Shown: piece after piece, positions 25,724 through 37,700 of the stretch
Layout of the letters: each line of letters starts with the position of its first letter
Position numbering within the stretch: position 1 is the stretch's first letter
Origin: Phoronis australis
Lineage: Eukaryota; Animalia; Phoronida
Assembly (NCBI GenBank): GCA_002633005.1
Contig: NMRA01000846.1
Location: 1 to 64,000 of the forward strand
DNA length: 64,000 nt
Reading direction: 5' to 3'
Program-made: the position numbers and the translations under genes
Notes under the pieces: model-generated
Told to the model about the DNA's origin: nothing
What the model saw: the letters and a program-made list of their open reading frames with translations, nothing else
The model's database searches: none

Positions 25724-28700
25724 GTAACGGAATGAATGAACAATGCTAACATGGCAAATTTCAATTTCTCGTTGTTTACGTTCTTGAACGACTAATTAAT
25801 TATTGCTCTCCATGTTCTTTTCCAGACGCTGTATTCCGGCGTCTGTCACACGGATATTCACATTCAGGATGGATATTTAGATATGGGAGACGGCAATGTG
25901 TTAGACCTGCTGAAATCCCGGGGCCTTAATTATCCACTTGTTCCTGGTAAGCACTTGGGCAACCGCTTTTAATTAAATAAACTTGTCATAACTCACATTT
26001 CGTAATGTCTCTGACCAATAACTGTATTTGTCTGAGGTAACCTTGGTGAAGATATTTCAGGGGCCAGTTGCATTCAAGTGCAGTAACTTTACGACGTTTT
26101 TTATAAAGAGTCTAAACGGAGATTTGCAATCAGTGTAAAACTTTGGCCTGAGGTTCCGTTTAGACTATGTGCAAAAAACTCATAAATTTACACTTTAAGA
26201 CCCCAGGGCCGGGTTACACTTCAAAAGATGATAAGATATATGTTTTGCGTCAATGACCGTTGTCAGCTTGAAATTCAGCCCAGACCTTAACTCCAAATAC
26301 TCATGCATCACTGGTGGTCCTTTATCTTGCTGGTTTTCCAAATTTTAGTAATAGCAAAACTTTCCTAAGTACCTGATCGGCTGCTTTCTTCTTTGAAGAT
26401 GATTCTTCTGTCGTATTTCTAAAATTTGTATACTTTTTGACAAATTGATATATTATTTGAAATTTTGTACGACTCAACCGATAATCAATCGACAGGTCAT
26501 GAAGTGGCTGGTTTGGTGCACTCAATTGGAAAGGAAGTCCCTGAAACAAGTAAGAACTATTTCATTGTTTGAAAAGCAAACCAAATAAAGCACTTTGCAA
26601 CAGCTGCTCTTTTGTTGACATGTCCCAATGTTTATTGTGTAACCTGTCTAAGCGACACAAGGGGCGCTTTCATTTATCTAAATGGTCTTAGTACTCCCAA
26701 AGAATGCTTTCTTATATATATTATTGAGTGACGTCATTTGCGATAAACCCAAGCGCCTGTGGTTAAACGCTATTTTTTAAATTCTTGATGACAATCATAC
26801 TCATAGCGCGCTTCTATGCCCTTTGCATGTAAACGTCACAAAAAGTAGAACGTCAAGTCTTCATTCATAACATAGTCTCTGTAGACAATCCAGATGAACA
26901 TTCATTGATCATAAGCCCATGGCTATGTCAATACCCAAATTTATTTGAACAACATTTGTCTTTCCACAAAATGTTCATGTATTTTTAAGGCGGATTAAAG
27001 GTTGGAGATCGAGTGATGGTCTACCCCTGGTTTGGTTGTCGAAATTGCCCCGTCTGTAAAAGCGGAGAGACAACCTTATGTAAAGACAGGAGCGGTCGAT
27101 CTATTGGACAGGGCGAGCCTGGAGGGTAATGACCAGCACTCATGTCCCAAACATTATTTATACTATATGTATCACTCATGATTGTCGTATGTGATCGACC
27201 GATTTCGATAGTCCGTAACTCTTAAGCCCTTTTAAGCCCTTGCTAGCGGCTTCAGTATACGACAAATTGGACATTTTATACGCAATTCGTCAAAATAAAA
27301 AATCACAAACAATCTAGTTTTAGGACACAATTCGTCAAAATAAAAGTTATTGTTTATTGTACGATTTTGCTGCGATATTCGTTCGACTCACGAGTTCGTT
27401 GGCCAATATCTGGTGTTATTTTCGACGCAAGATCGTGAAACGATCTGAGATGATCGAATATGAGGCGACAACTCAGTTGGACGCATTCGTCACCTTGTAA
27501 CAATTCTGCTGGACGAGTTGGACGCGCTGACGACACATTCGGAGATACGTACCAGTGGCCTACTTAGCCTCACAGCCGCCACTTCTGGACGGATTGATCC
27601 TGTACCGGAAATGTTGTCTCGCATCCAGGCTCCAGTAACATTACAGTCTGGTGAACTACTCGAAAAACGAGTTTTAACCATACTATCTGGTGTTTACGTG
27701 TATATCAATTGTTTTTCATTCCTCTAATTTTCTGTAGCTTGCAAAAGAAATGCTGTGTCAGCTGCAGTCCAATGATTCCTTTCTGTATAACGGAAATAGA
27801 TGCGCAGTATATACTGAAAAAAGTGCATTATGATCGAGCAACAATGTGAACAGTGTGAAATGGTGATCACAACATCAGGATTATGACTTGATTTACACCA
27901 TTTAAGGTTATAAAAAGAATGATTTTGGCGTTCAGATGGGTTGAATCCACCTGTCGATCCCAGACCTGATTGACCAAGAGAGAACCAGAGTGTCAGGCAC
28001 GTTCACCAGACCGTAATGTCAATAGAGGCTGGATGCGAAACAAATTAATGGGAAACGATGGTGGCCGAAACGCAGAAATCCGTGTCTGAATAAGGGCATC
28101 AGCGTTCATACCAAGGTTTGGATGTTTGTTAGCACTGGAAAGAACAGGAAATGTCTATATTGTGAATACTTTGGTCTGTTGGAGGTGAGACTCGTGAGTG
28201 GCTGTTGGAAGGGAGAGAAATTGACGTCGACGAGGCTGTATATGTATTTCGGGGGCCTGCCAGCGCACCTCACGTGAGCCCTGTCCTATTCAGCACGTCA
28301 CTGTCTTTCGAATGCCACCTGTCCTGTAAATTTGTCACCAATGACAACCCTCTGGCAAAGAATTTCTCTTTGAACTAAATTCGGCAAAAAAATATCTGTT
28401 TATGGTGACGGGACCCGGATGATGAATTCGGGGGACACCCCTTGATGTCTCTGCCACAAAAGCGTCAGAGAGGTGTACCACGACCTCACACACAATAGCA
28501 GACCAGTGATACATTTTGTGGGCCCAGAAGGGTGAGAAAAACAAGTGTTACTGCATGCTTTGCTTATAATGCATGGCTATGTCAGACGACTGAATTCTCG
28601 CGTTCTCGCGGAACGCAAGCCTCTGGTGTCGTTGCGTCTCATGAAAAGTGACTGCATAGACTTTGTCTTATACTCCACACGATAACTGTTTCTGAAAAAT

Positions 28701-31700
28701 GGTCAACACTTACTTTTACAAAAGAACGAAGTATCTGCGAATATGCAAAACAACTACTACTTACTGGGAAATTTTATGTAAATGACTTCCAGCCAGTGAT
28801 TACATCACTAAGCCTTTTTTGATAATTGACCTATCGCAAGCTCCGCCCTCATGCCTAATAATAATAATAATAATAATGTTTATTGTACATCGCAGGCTTT
28901 GCCTACACATACATAAATACATAAATTCAAATGTATATTCAGAATATTTACACGGAGAGCAGTTCTTCTTATAAAGCCATAGCCTTCTGAATAAACAATG
29001 CAAGGTGCTGGATGCTGTCATGATTTTTCTGTTGGAATAACCTAACAAGAGAATAGTTAGCATTAACAAGCTCTGATAGAAGATTTCTTCTAAGGTCCCC
29101 AAGAACAGGGCATCGACACATGAAATGAGGCTCATCTTCAATTTCACCCAGACAGCATATGCCGCCTATTCTTTCACCTCTAGGAATACCCATATGTCTC
29201 CCTTTCTCTATATTAAGTAAGTGACCTGAACACCGAAATTGCGCAAGTATTTTTCTCGAATAGGCACTTAAACAATTCACATATTACTCGCTGACAAGAT
29301 CACTTTTAATAAGACTATAAAATTCGTATTCATTTGAGCTACCTATTTCCAGTTGCCATTCCTGTATGCCACAATCCAGTAATCTCTGTTTGAACACCAT
29401 AGTAAACTCAGCACTATTGCCTAAGCCAAATAGCCACACTTCTCCATAGTCGTAACTATACAAAATTTCTTTGACACGGTGTGCCCAGTTACAATTACCA
29501 TTTTCACCTTGTTCCTTAAGCACACTTCAGTGGGTACCTATGTTCTTCCATATCGAGTAATTATGTCCAATAGATAATTTGTTTACATATATGTTTTGTA
29601 ATTAACAATTATCTCCCACATTCACCACTAGTCATAGCATTTGGCGTTTTAATACTCAATCTCAGAACATATTTACTGAAAGCATTATGAACTTTTTCAA
29701 TAGATTCACACATTGATGTTCCCCATATTTCTGCACCATATGCTAACATGGGCATTATCATAGAGTCAAAGAGTTTAAAATGCACTCCATGGGAAACACA
29801 GTTAAGTTTTGACAGCGTGGCTTTAATAACGTTCATTGCTTTTCAAACTTGGCTTGCAAGTACTCTACAACACTCTGTCCATTTAAGTCACTGCAGGAAA
29901 ATGTGACTCCTAGGTACTTGTAGTTTGATTTAGTATCCACTTTCTTATCGCCAAAAACCCATCTTTCATTATTTGAAAGTATGCCCCATCGCTTAAATAC
30001 CACAACATTCGCCCAGCAACAGTATTCGCCACCAGCACCAAATCATTGGCAAAAAACAGAGAACCTATATCACAACCCGGAGAGACACGTATACCTCTAC
30101 CTACATTTTCTGTAATATCAGACACCGAGAACAGCCAGGGACTTAAAACACATCCTTGCCGGACACCAACTGTACAGTTGAAATAGGGTGTGGTCTGGGA
30201 CTGTACCATAACACACGATTGTATAGAGTCGTACATATTGCGCAAAATGTTAAATATTTTTCCATGCAAACCTTTGGTTAAAAGGGCATAAAATAAACGG
30301 GAAATATCTACACTATCAAATGCCTTATTAAAATCAACGAATGCACAATATACTTTCCCCTTCCGTTTAGTGACATGTTTCTGGATGATACACTGTAGGT
30401 TAAATTTAAAATATTATCGATTGTAAAGTCGACCGACAAACAACTATACGTTTTACCTGACAACGAGTTGTTTGTCTGGTAAAATAGTGGCTTGGAAACG
30501 AAGGTGTGTCAAGAACGCTGCGTTCCGATTGGTCAGTTAAACAGTCACTCAAAATCTCGGAGATAGGTAAATTGTGAAGTGGCAACGTAAGACCAAATTT
30601 CTGCCCGTAAGTCTTAAGTCACTTTCATGAAACGAACCCCTGCTCTCCAGATAGAAGCGAAGAGAGACGGTAAATGCATCAAGTCACCAATGGCATTGTC
30701 AGGACAGGTAACTTTAGGTTATTAGACAGTGAACTGATTGCCGTGTTTTTGTATACACATTATATACAACAGTTATGTGGTGTCAGGTGTGTCGTTAGAC
30801 GTTTAATGCCAAGTTGTCTCAAGTGGCTTCTTCAAAGTTTCGATACGGTATATAGTTTGCTTATACTTTAGACAATGTTACTGCATGATCTGGTAACCAA
30901 CCTTTGAAAAGTAGGTTTTCGTGCTCCTATGAAAGTAAGACAATACACGTTAGGTGTTGGCACAGTAAATGAACGAGTAAAGCACAGAACTCAAAAAACA
31001 CCTGTGCTTAAACAAACGTTTCTGATCCAAATAACTGAGAACTGTCAAAAACGAACCCTCACCTATAAGTTAGTATACACCAATTTTTCGTATACGTGTC
31101 GTATGTGATTTCGTATGCAACTTTGGGACCACAGTCTCCACACTTCGATTCTCTTGAACGACTTCGTACACTCGGATTAGACGGTCGCGGCTGTCGTCTG
31201 TAGATAGGGTTTAAACGTCGGTGGATGAAACTATTCAGTGTATCACGGTGTTTTTTAGATTTTCCACGCACGTGTCTGTACCGGAAGCTGAGTTCGTCGT
31301 GCCTGTTCCTGATAATGTGCCCATGGATCTCGCGTGCATGGCACCCTGCAGCGGAGTCACAGCATACAATGCGCTGATGAACGTGAAAGGAAATATTGAG
31401 AGAATGAATAAGATTAAAGGTAAAGTGAATGTAAAATCTATGCAAGAACATAACACTCACAATTTAGATAATTATAGAGAATCCTACACGTGTCTCAGGT
31501 TTATGACATGGGCAAAACCTCTTGGAAATTTCGTCAAAATCCCGAGGCTTTCCGAGAAGTTTAGCTCATTTCGTAACCCTGATACGAGTGTAGGATTTGT
31601 TTTCTCACATGAACTGTAAAAAACGATCTTTTCTGCCGAAAAATTCGACGTGTCCAAAGCTTTCAACCACATGACATAACTTCTGTAAAAAAATCTTGCG

Positions 31701-34700
31701 CAATGTAAAGTAATTCAGTTACTTTTTGTTAATAGTTTTAACGTAAGCTTAACAATTGTAAATTACATTCAGGTTTCGTAACAAATATTCAAGTTAGAAT
31801 GTAATAAATAGTCTTTGAAGTTGTAATGTTAAAACTTAAAAATGTTTATAAATAAGTCAGCAAGGCTTCCCCGCGCGTGAGCACCGAATTGACATTGAGA
31901 CAGCACGGCTAGACAGTCTTTCTTGAGTTGGGGCTCGTCTTCGTTTGAATGAACTTGGATATGGATTTTGCCGCCGAAGATGGGTCCGTTTAAGTTGTTT
32001 GCATGTCCTGCGTACTTGGAGTACGTGCCAATCATAACCTTGTCACCTTCTCGGATTTCCAGCATTGTTTGGTTGGCGCGCGTTTGATTGTTTTAGTGTT
32101 TTGCAGACGATTAATTTAAGGCGTATGGAATTCTACTTTGCACTACATTGTGATTTGCCCATGTAATATAACAAACTACGTACTCGGTGTTATTAACCAG
32201 TCGCGTCGTCACACATTCCAGGTCATGTGAGAAATACCCATATGGGCAGTCAAAAACCGAAGTATTGTCTATGCCAATATAAGTCAACCATTGTGAGTGA
32301 GATTACCCCCAAACCATTCCAGGAGGCAGCGTATTGGCCGTTTGTTGAGAAATAAACCTTTCCTGTTTGATAAAGGAAACAAATCATGTTTATCACTCAT
32401 CAAAAAGTTGAACAGGGAGAAGAAATTAAACTGTTCTCCAGGCACGTGTGTGCTTAAATAGGGTGTTGCAAAAATGTTAACTATAATATGAAATATGAGC
32501 ACTGGAAAACTGCTTTCCTTTTTTAATATTTATTGCAAAACGGCTTTACTCGTGTATTTGAATTCCAGCAACACAAAAGTTTCTTTGTAACGCACGGTTT
32601 ACTCTAACTGCAGAGAAACACCAAGAATGGATTTTCAAACTCTGCGCCGCTGACTCTCTGACAGCCTTCGTCGCATCTTTCGCAGAACGAACACTTTTCA
32701 CACGACTATGTTTAAATCGTACCCAATTTTCACTGCAAAAAATATGGGAACTTTTCTTTTATTTGTTCTCCGGCTCTGCGCATCGGCTTTGATGGAAATC
32801 TTAGGTATCTTCGGTGAATCGAGTTGCAATAGTAATTGTGTTTGATGTCAAAATTTGAATTTCTTTGTGTTCTCTGCAACTATTTCACTTTTCCTCATTT
32901 CTACAACACTTAAAACAAACTTTAGGATCCCTGGAATAAGAAAAAACAATGCTTCCCAGAAAATAGTATCCTGGTACCCATAATATTTTTTTGAACATTT
33001 TTGCGACGCCCCCCTGTATAACGGCGAGAAAATCTGACCTTCCGGACTGCTGTCATTGCGTTACCCGTCATCAACCATGCAGTCCACAATCCGGCAATGA
33101 CTGGAGAGGCTGTTTCGTCTGCGTGAATAGGCCTACGCGACCAAATAACGCGGACATTGTTCGTTCGAAAATTGTGGGTGCAGGATCTCCACATCACACC
33201 TTAGACCTGCCAGTGATGTGTACCTGCGGTAGAGCTGAACATGACGCCGAGAACATCTTTATTTTACACCAGTATAAGCCTACATTTATCGTCATCGTCT
33301 GCTCGTGGACTTGTTCTGTACTACCGTCATTTCAGGAAAGGCCAACCTTTTGGTTGTTGGCGCTGGTGGTCTGGGCGTGTGGTGCATCCAGCTGGCTAAG
33401 TGTGTTCTCCCCGCCGCTACTCGTGTGATTGTAGCCGATATTACTGTACGTAACCATTTCCATAATAGTTTGTGAGCAGATCCTCTTGTACCCGAAAGTC
33501 ACAATAGGCTGATGACACCACTATGCTGTCTGTTTAGTACATAAACGGACGCTCACTGAAACTCTCGGAATATTCGTTGATCCTCAGACGAACAAGAATA
33601 GTGTAGATCACGTTGTGACATCACAATTATCTCGTGAAGACTTTACAATTATGATGACATGAAGTTTGTGTTTCTACACTATTCTTGCATGTCGGCCGGG
33701 AGGATGGACGAATTTACAATGTGTTGAAGCGAGTGTCCATTGAAGTAAAATGTCAGAACAGACTTCGGGCTTATTAGTTTCAAATGACAACTATATTCGA
33801 TGAAGAGAGAATGACTGAATCCAATAATTTGTTTATCGTGCAACAACCACTTACAGATAATTCCGATATTTTTATCCAGCTATTAGTTCCAGCCCAACAG
33901 GTTCCTAGAAAATGTAAACACAACCATGACCGTCCTTGCGATTGGTCCCCAAAATTTGCTGCTAGGGATAGGCACAAAGACGATTTTTCGATGAATTTGG
34001 GACGCGCGCGTATCAACAATTCCCGGAGAACACTCAGGCAATGAAAAATCATTACCAGAGGCGGTTTTAGGGGGGGGGGCAAGGGGTTATGCCCCCCCCC
34101 CCTAAAATTATCCCATATTCCATTCGCCAGTTCGAGGTGCGAATGGCTGACGGGCAAAATTCAGGTTAATACTGTCCTGCCCCACCTCCCCCAACTCCAA
34201 ATCCTGTACACGACATAAAAACATGCGGTACCTCACGACAACTTGATTAAACGCCCGGGAATAAAATTCAGAATAAACAAGCGATAACTAAAACAAATTT
34301 ACTCTCCTAACGTGTCGCAGTTTTAACATTTTCTTTTTTGGTGTCTAACTGCGTATTAGGATAACAGTCAAATATTTGAAACGTGTGTTGTGTAGGTGGC
34401 AGCACATATGATTTAAGGAAACCTGACATTGCCAACAACACTATACAATCGTTATTTATTCTGGCATAGTAGAGGAACAAAATTGTCGTGCCTTCTGGAA
34501 AATTTGACTGATAGCCACAGCATCTTTATTTAACATTATTTTTAAAATTTTCGTACAACTCTTCTACTCTTAGACAAGCAGTAGTATGATTTTATTCAGG
34601 ACCTTTACATAGACAATCGTTGATAAATATAGATTATGACATGGCGAAGTCGTTATCCCCCGTTATCTAGAGCCCGAGTGGGTTATGGAGAATTATCGCC

Positions 34701-37700
34701 CGAGGGGTGTTATACCACATACTGAACGAGAAACATTGCATTGAATCGATCTACCTTTCTCGACTCGCTTCGGCTTTGTAACTACTTTCGATGTCAGAGG
34801 CCCGGGGTCGCAGGTCGTGACCTTTTAAGAAAAACCGAGCTATTTTTGTCAAATAATGCTTTTACTCAAAACCAATTGAAAATTTAAACAAAATAGAAAC
34901 AAGTAATAAAGTGAATCTATAAATTAAGGTTTGAGGTTTAGCAATTATTATAGCTTACTACACATTTCATCACGCTAAGCTTGGACCGGGAAAATATCGT
35001 CTGCTAAAGTAGGTTACCGCTAGTAATATAACCGAGTGTAATGCTCAAGACAAAGGATCCCGACGACACGATACCCGCATTCAAATCGGAGATCGGTGAT
35101 TTACAAGTGAGAGAACACGAGAGAAAAATTTCACTGAATTAAGATATCGTTTTTATGGAAATTATGCGTCTTATTTTTCATAGCCCCTCGGGCGATAATT
35201 CTCCAAAATCCACTCGGGCTCTACATAACGGGGGATAACGACTTCGCGATGTAATAGTCTATATGTATAATCAGAATGGGTAACATTTTTGGTCTCTAGA
35301 CCTTGTACTAAACTTGCGTCCAGAAGTTGCATATCAAAATTGTCGTTTTTTCAGGAAGCAAAGCTGAAGTTTGCCTTGGAAGCCGGTGCTGATGATGTCG
35401 TCTGCTTGAATGTCAAAGGTGAATCTTTGTTATCAGGCGACATACTAATTTCAACAATGCGCCTAGGGTTTTTAAAACCCACTAACCTTGGATCAGGATT
35501 GAGCTCAGTAACACTAACTGGCGGAATCACGATTAAAAGACTCGATGGTGTTTTCGTGAGGGGTAGTTAATCCAACTATTCCAAAGATTAATTTGAACAC
35601 AGAGGCCGTGTCAGGCAAATACCCCCTCGGAATGAGTGGACTAGGCATTAGCCTAATTTAAAGTTAATGGGTACAATATATTGAGCCTGCCACTGGGGTA
35701 TTCGCACTATTTTGGCGGAAGCTTTCACTTCCGCTTTACCTGTACATTTTCTACAGCTTCACAGTTTACTTACGAGGATACGCTTCGCCCTCGTTGTTAG
35801 GATTGATCCTTAAAACACAAGCAAGAATGGCCCTCGCTCTAAATGCTTGGACGTAAACAAACATGAATTTATCTGCGGACTAAGTTTGCCTAAATAGGAG
35901 ACCTAGCTGTTGACGTACATAATTATAAAAGTAAGCAAACAAACATTCACGAAAAAAAACACTGTTGTATTTTGTAACCAGCCATACAGTTGTTAAGGAC
36001 ATATTTAATATCTCAGGTGTTATTACGTAATACAGTTATCACTTTAACTTCTGTCGTAGTGTAGTCAGAGACACCACATTTTTATTTTTTCTTTTGTTAG
36101 TGATATTTTAATATTTTAAAAATTCTCTCGTCTGTTTAGATAAGGAGGAGAACGAACGGAAGATGCAGGAAAAGTTCGGAGCTGAAGGTTTGGAAGCAGT
36201 CATTGACTTCGTGAACAACGACATGACAGTCCCGTTGGCACTGGACATGCTAAATCACGTAAGTTATCACGTTCTGATTTCATAACGAGAAATCTTCGTG
36301 AAGCATCAACACGTGGTCACCTGGTTACTCGCAGTACCCCTTTATCCCCTAGCTGCATTCGGATCACCTCGAGTACTTGCTTAGCTTCAAATCTCCCCTC
36401 GAAGGTGATGGTTATCTTCGCATGTGCACAAGATCAGTTACTCCCCAATTTGAAAGGCACATGGCTTGCCGTATAACTGAAGTCTGCACATGCAGAGATA
36501 TCTTTCACCGGGGAAGTTTGAGTATACGGAAATACCCGAGATGTTCCGGCTGTTCCGACAAGTAGCTGGAAACATAGCAGGTTCACCTTCAACAGAACTA
36601 AAAATCTAAAAATAAGAAGAAACCTATAAGAAGACTATAAACTGCTCAGGACACGAAGTTGCAAGTGTATCGCAAATAAAGGTACTATGCTACCGCATTG
36701 AAGTTACCGCCAACTTAAAAAATTAGAAGGAATCACGACTTAAATTGGTTTGTTCATCGTTGAAAAAAGCCAGTGCGTACTGTAAGCTACATCAACAAAA
36801 ATTAAATCTTTGTTCGTTTGAATGTACAAGACTGCAGTAAATTCTTACAACGAACTAAAGCTAAACGCTACACACTTAACTTATAATGCTGAAGTGAAAA
36901 TGCTGAACAGTCAAACAAACAGCGCAAATGAAACCCAGAATTGCACTTATGACAATAAGTTGTCTTTCTAGTCGTATGATTGAATGCATGCTCCAAAACA
37001 CTGCTCGCATAACGCTAAGCACTGGGGGTGTGCCAAAAGACATTTGTAGTAACACAGTTTTAATTAAGGCAATTACACCAGAAACATCTCCTTCTTCTCA
37101 AAATTTGTTTAGTCTCTTCATTCGCTGGAAAATCTATGGTGTACATATTGAAAATACAGTTTTTCTTTTATCCCCACACGTGCGCCTGAGTGTTTGTAAG
37201 TTTACGAACTGGTGTCAAAGCGAAGAACTTATTTCGCGGGAACATAAGTCTGGTTGGCAGAAAAAAAAACAAGATAATAGATGACTGTCATCTTTTTCCA
37301 AAGAAAGGGCATGACTTTATATTCAAGGTTCTTGGATTTTCAAATGTTAATCAAAATGTTATATTCTGCCTATAAGGCCACGGCTTCCTGTAACACGTTT
37401 TACGGTAGCAGTGGTATGTTACGTTGTATCATTATGAATTAAGTATTACTTCAACGCTGATTTTTTATATGTTTCAACACAATGAACACTGAGTAAAATA
37501 AAAAGAAATGAACGGTCTACGCAGGTCTAGGAATCCGTGGTGTACAGTGTTGACACTTTTGCATTGGCACGTAAGATGTCGCCAGCAGCTTATCAAAAAA
37601 ACTAGATCATTAGAGTGATGCAGAGTCAGTTGCCATAATTCTTTCTAGGGTGGAACCGCATCACTTGTTGGACTTTTCGGTGGCATGCTCAAGCGTCCTC

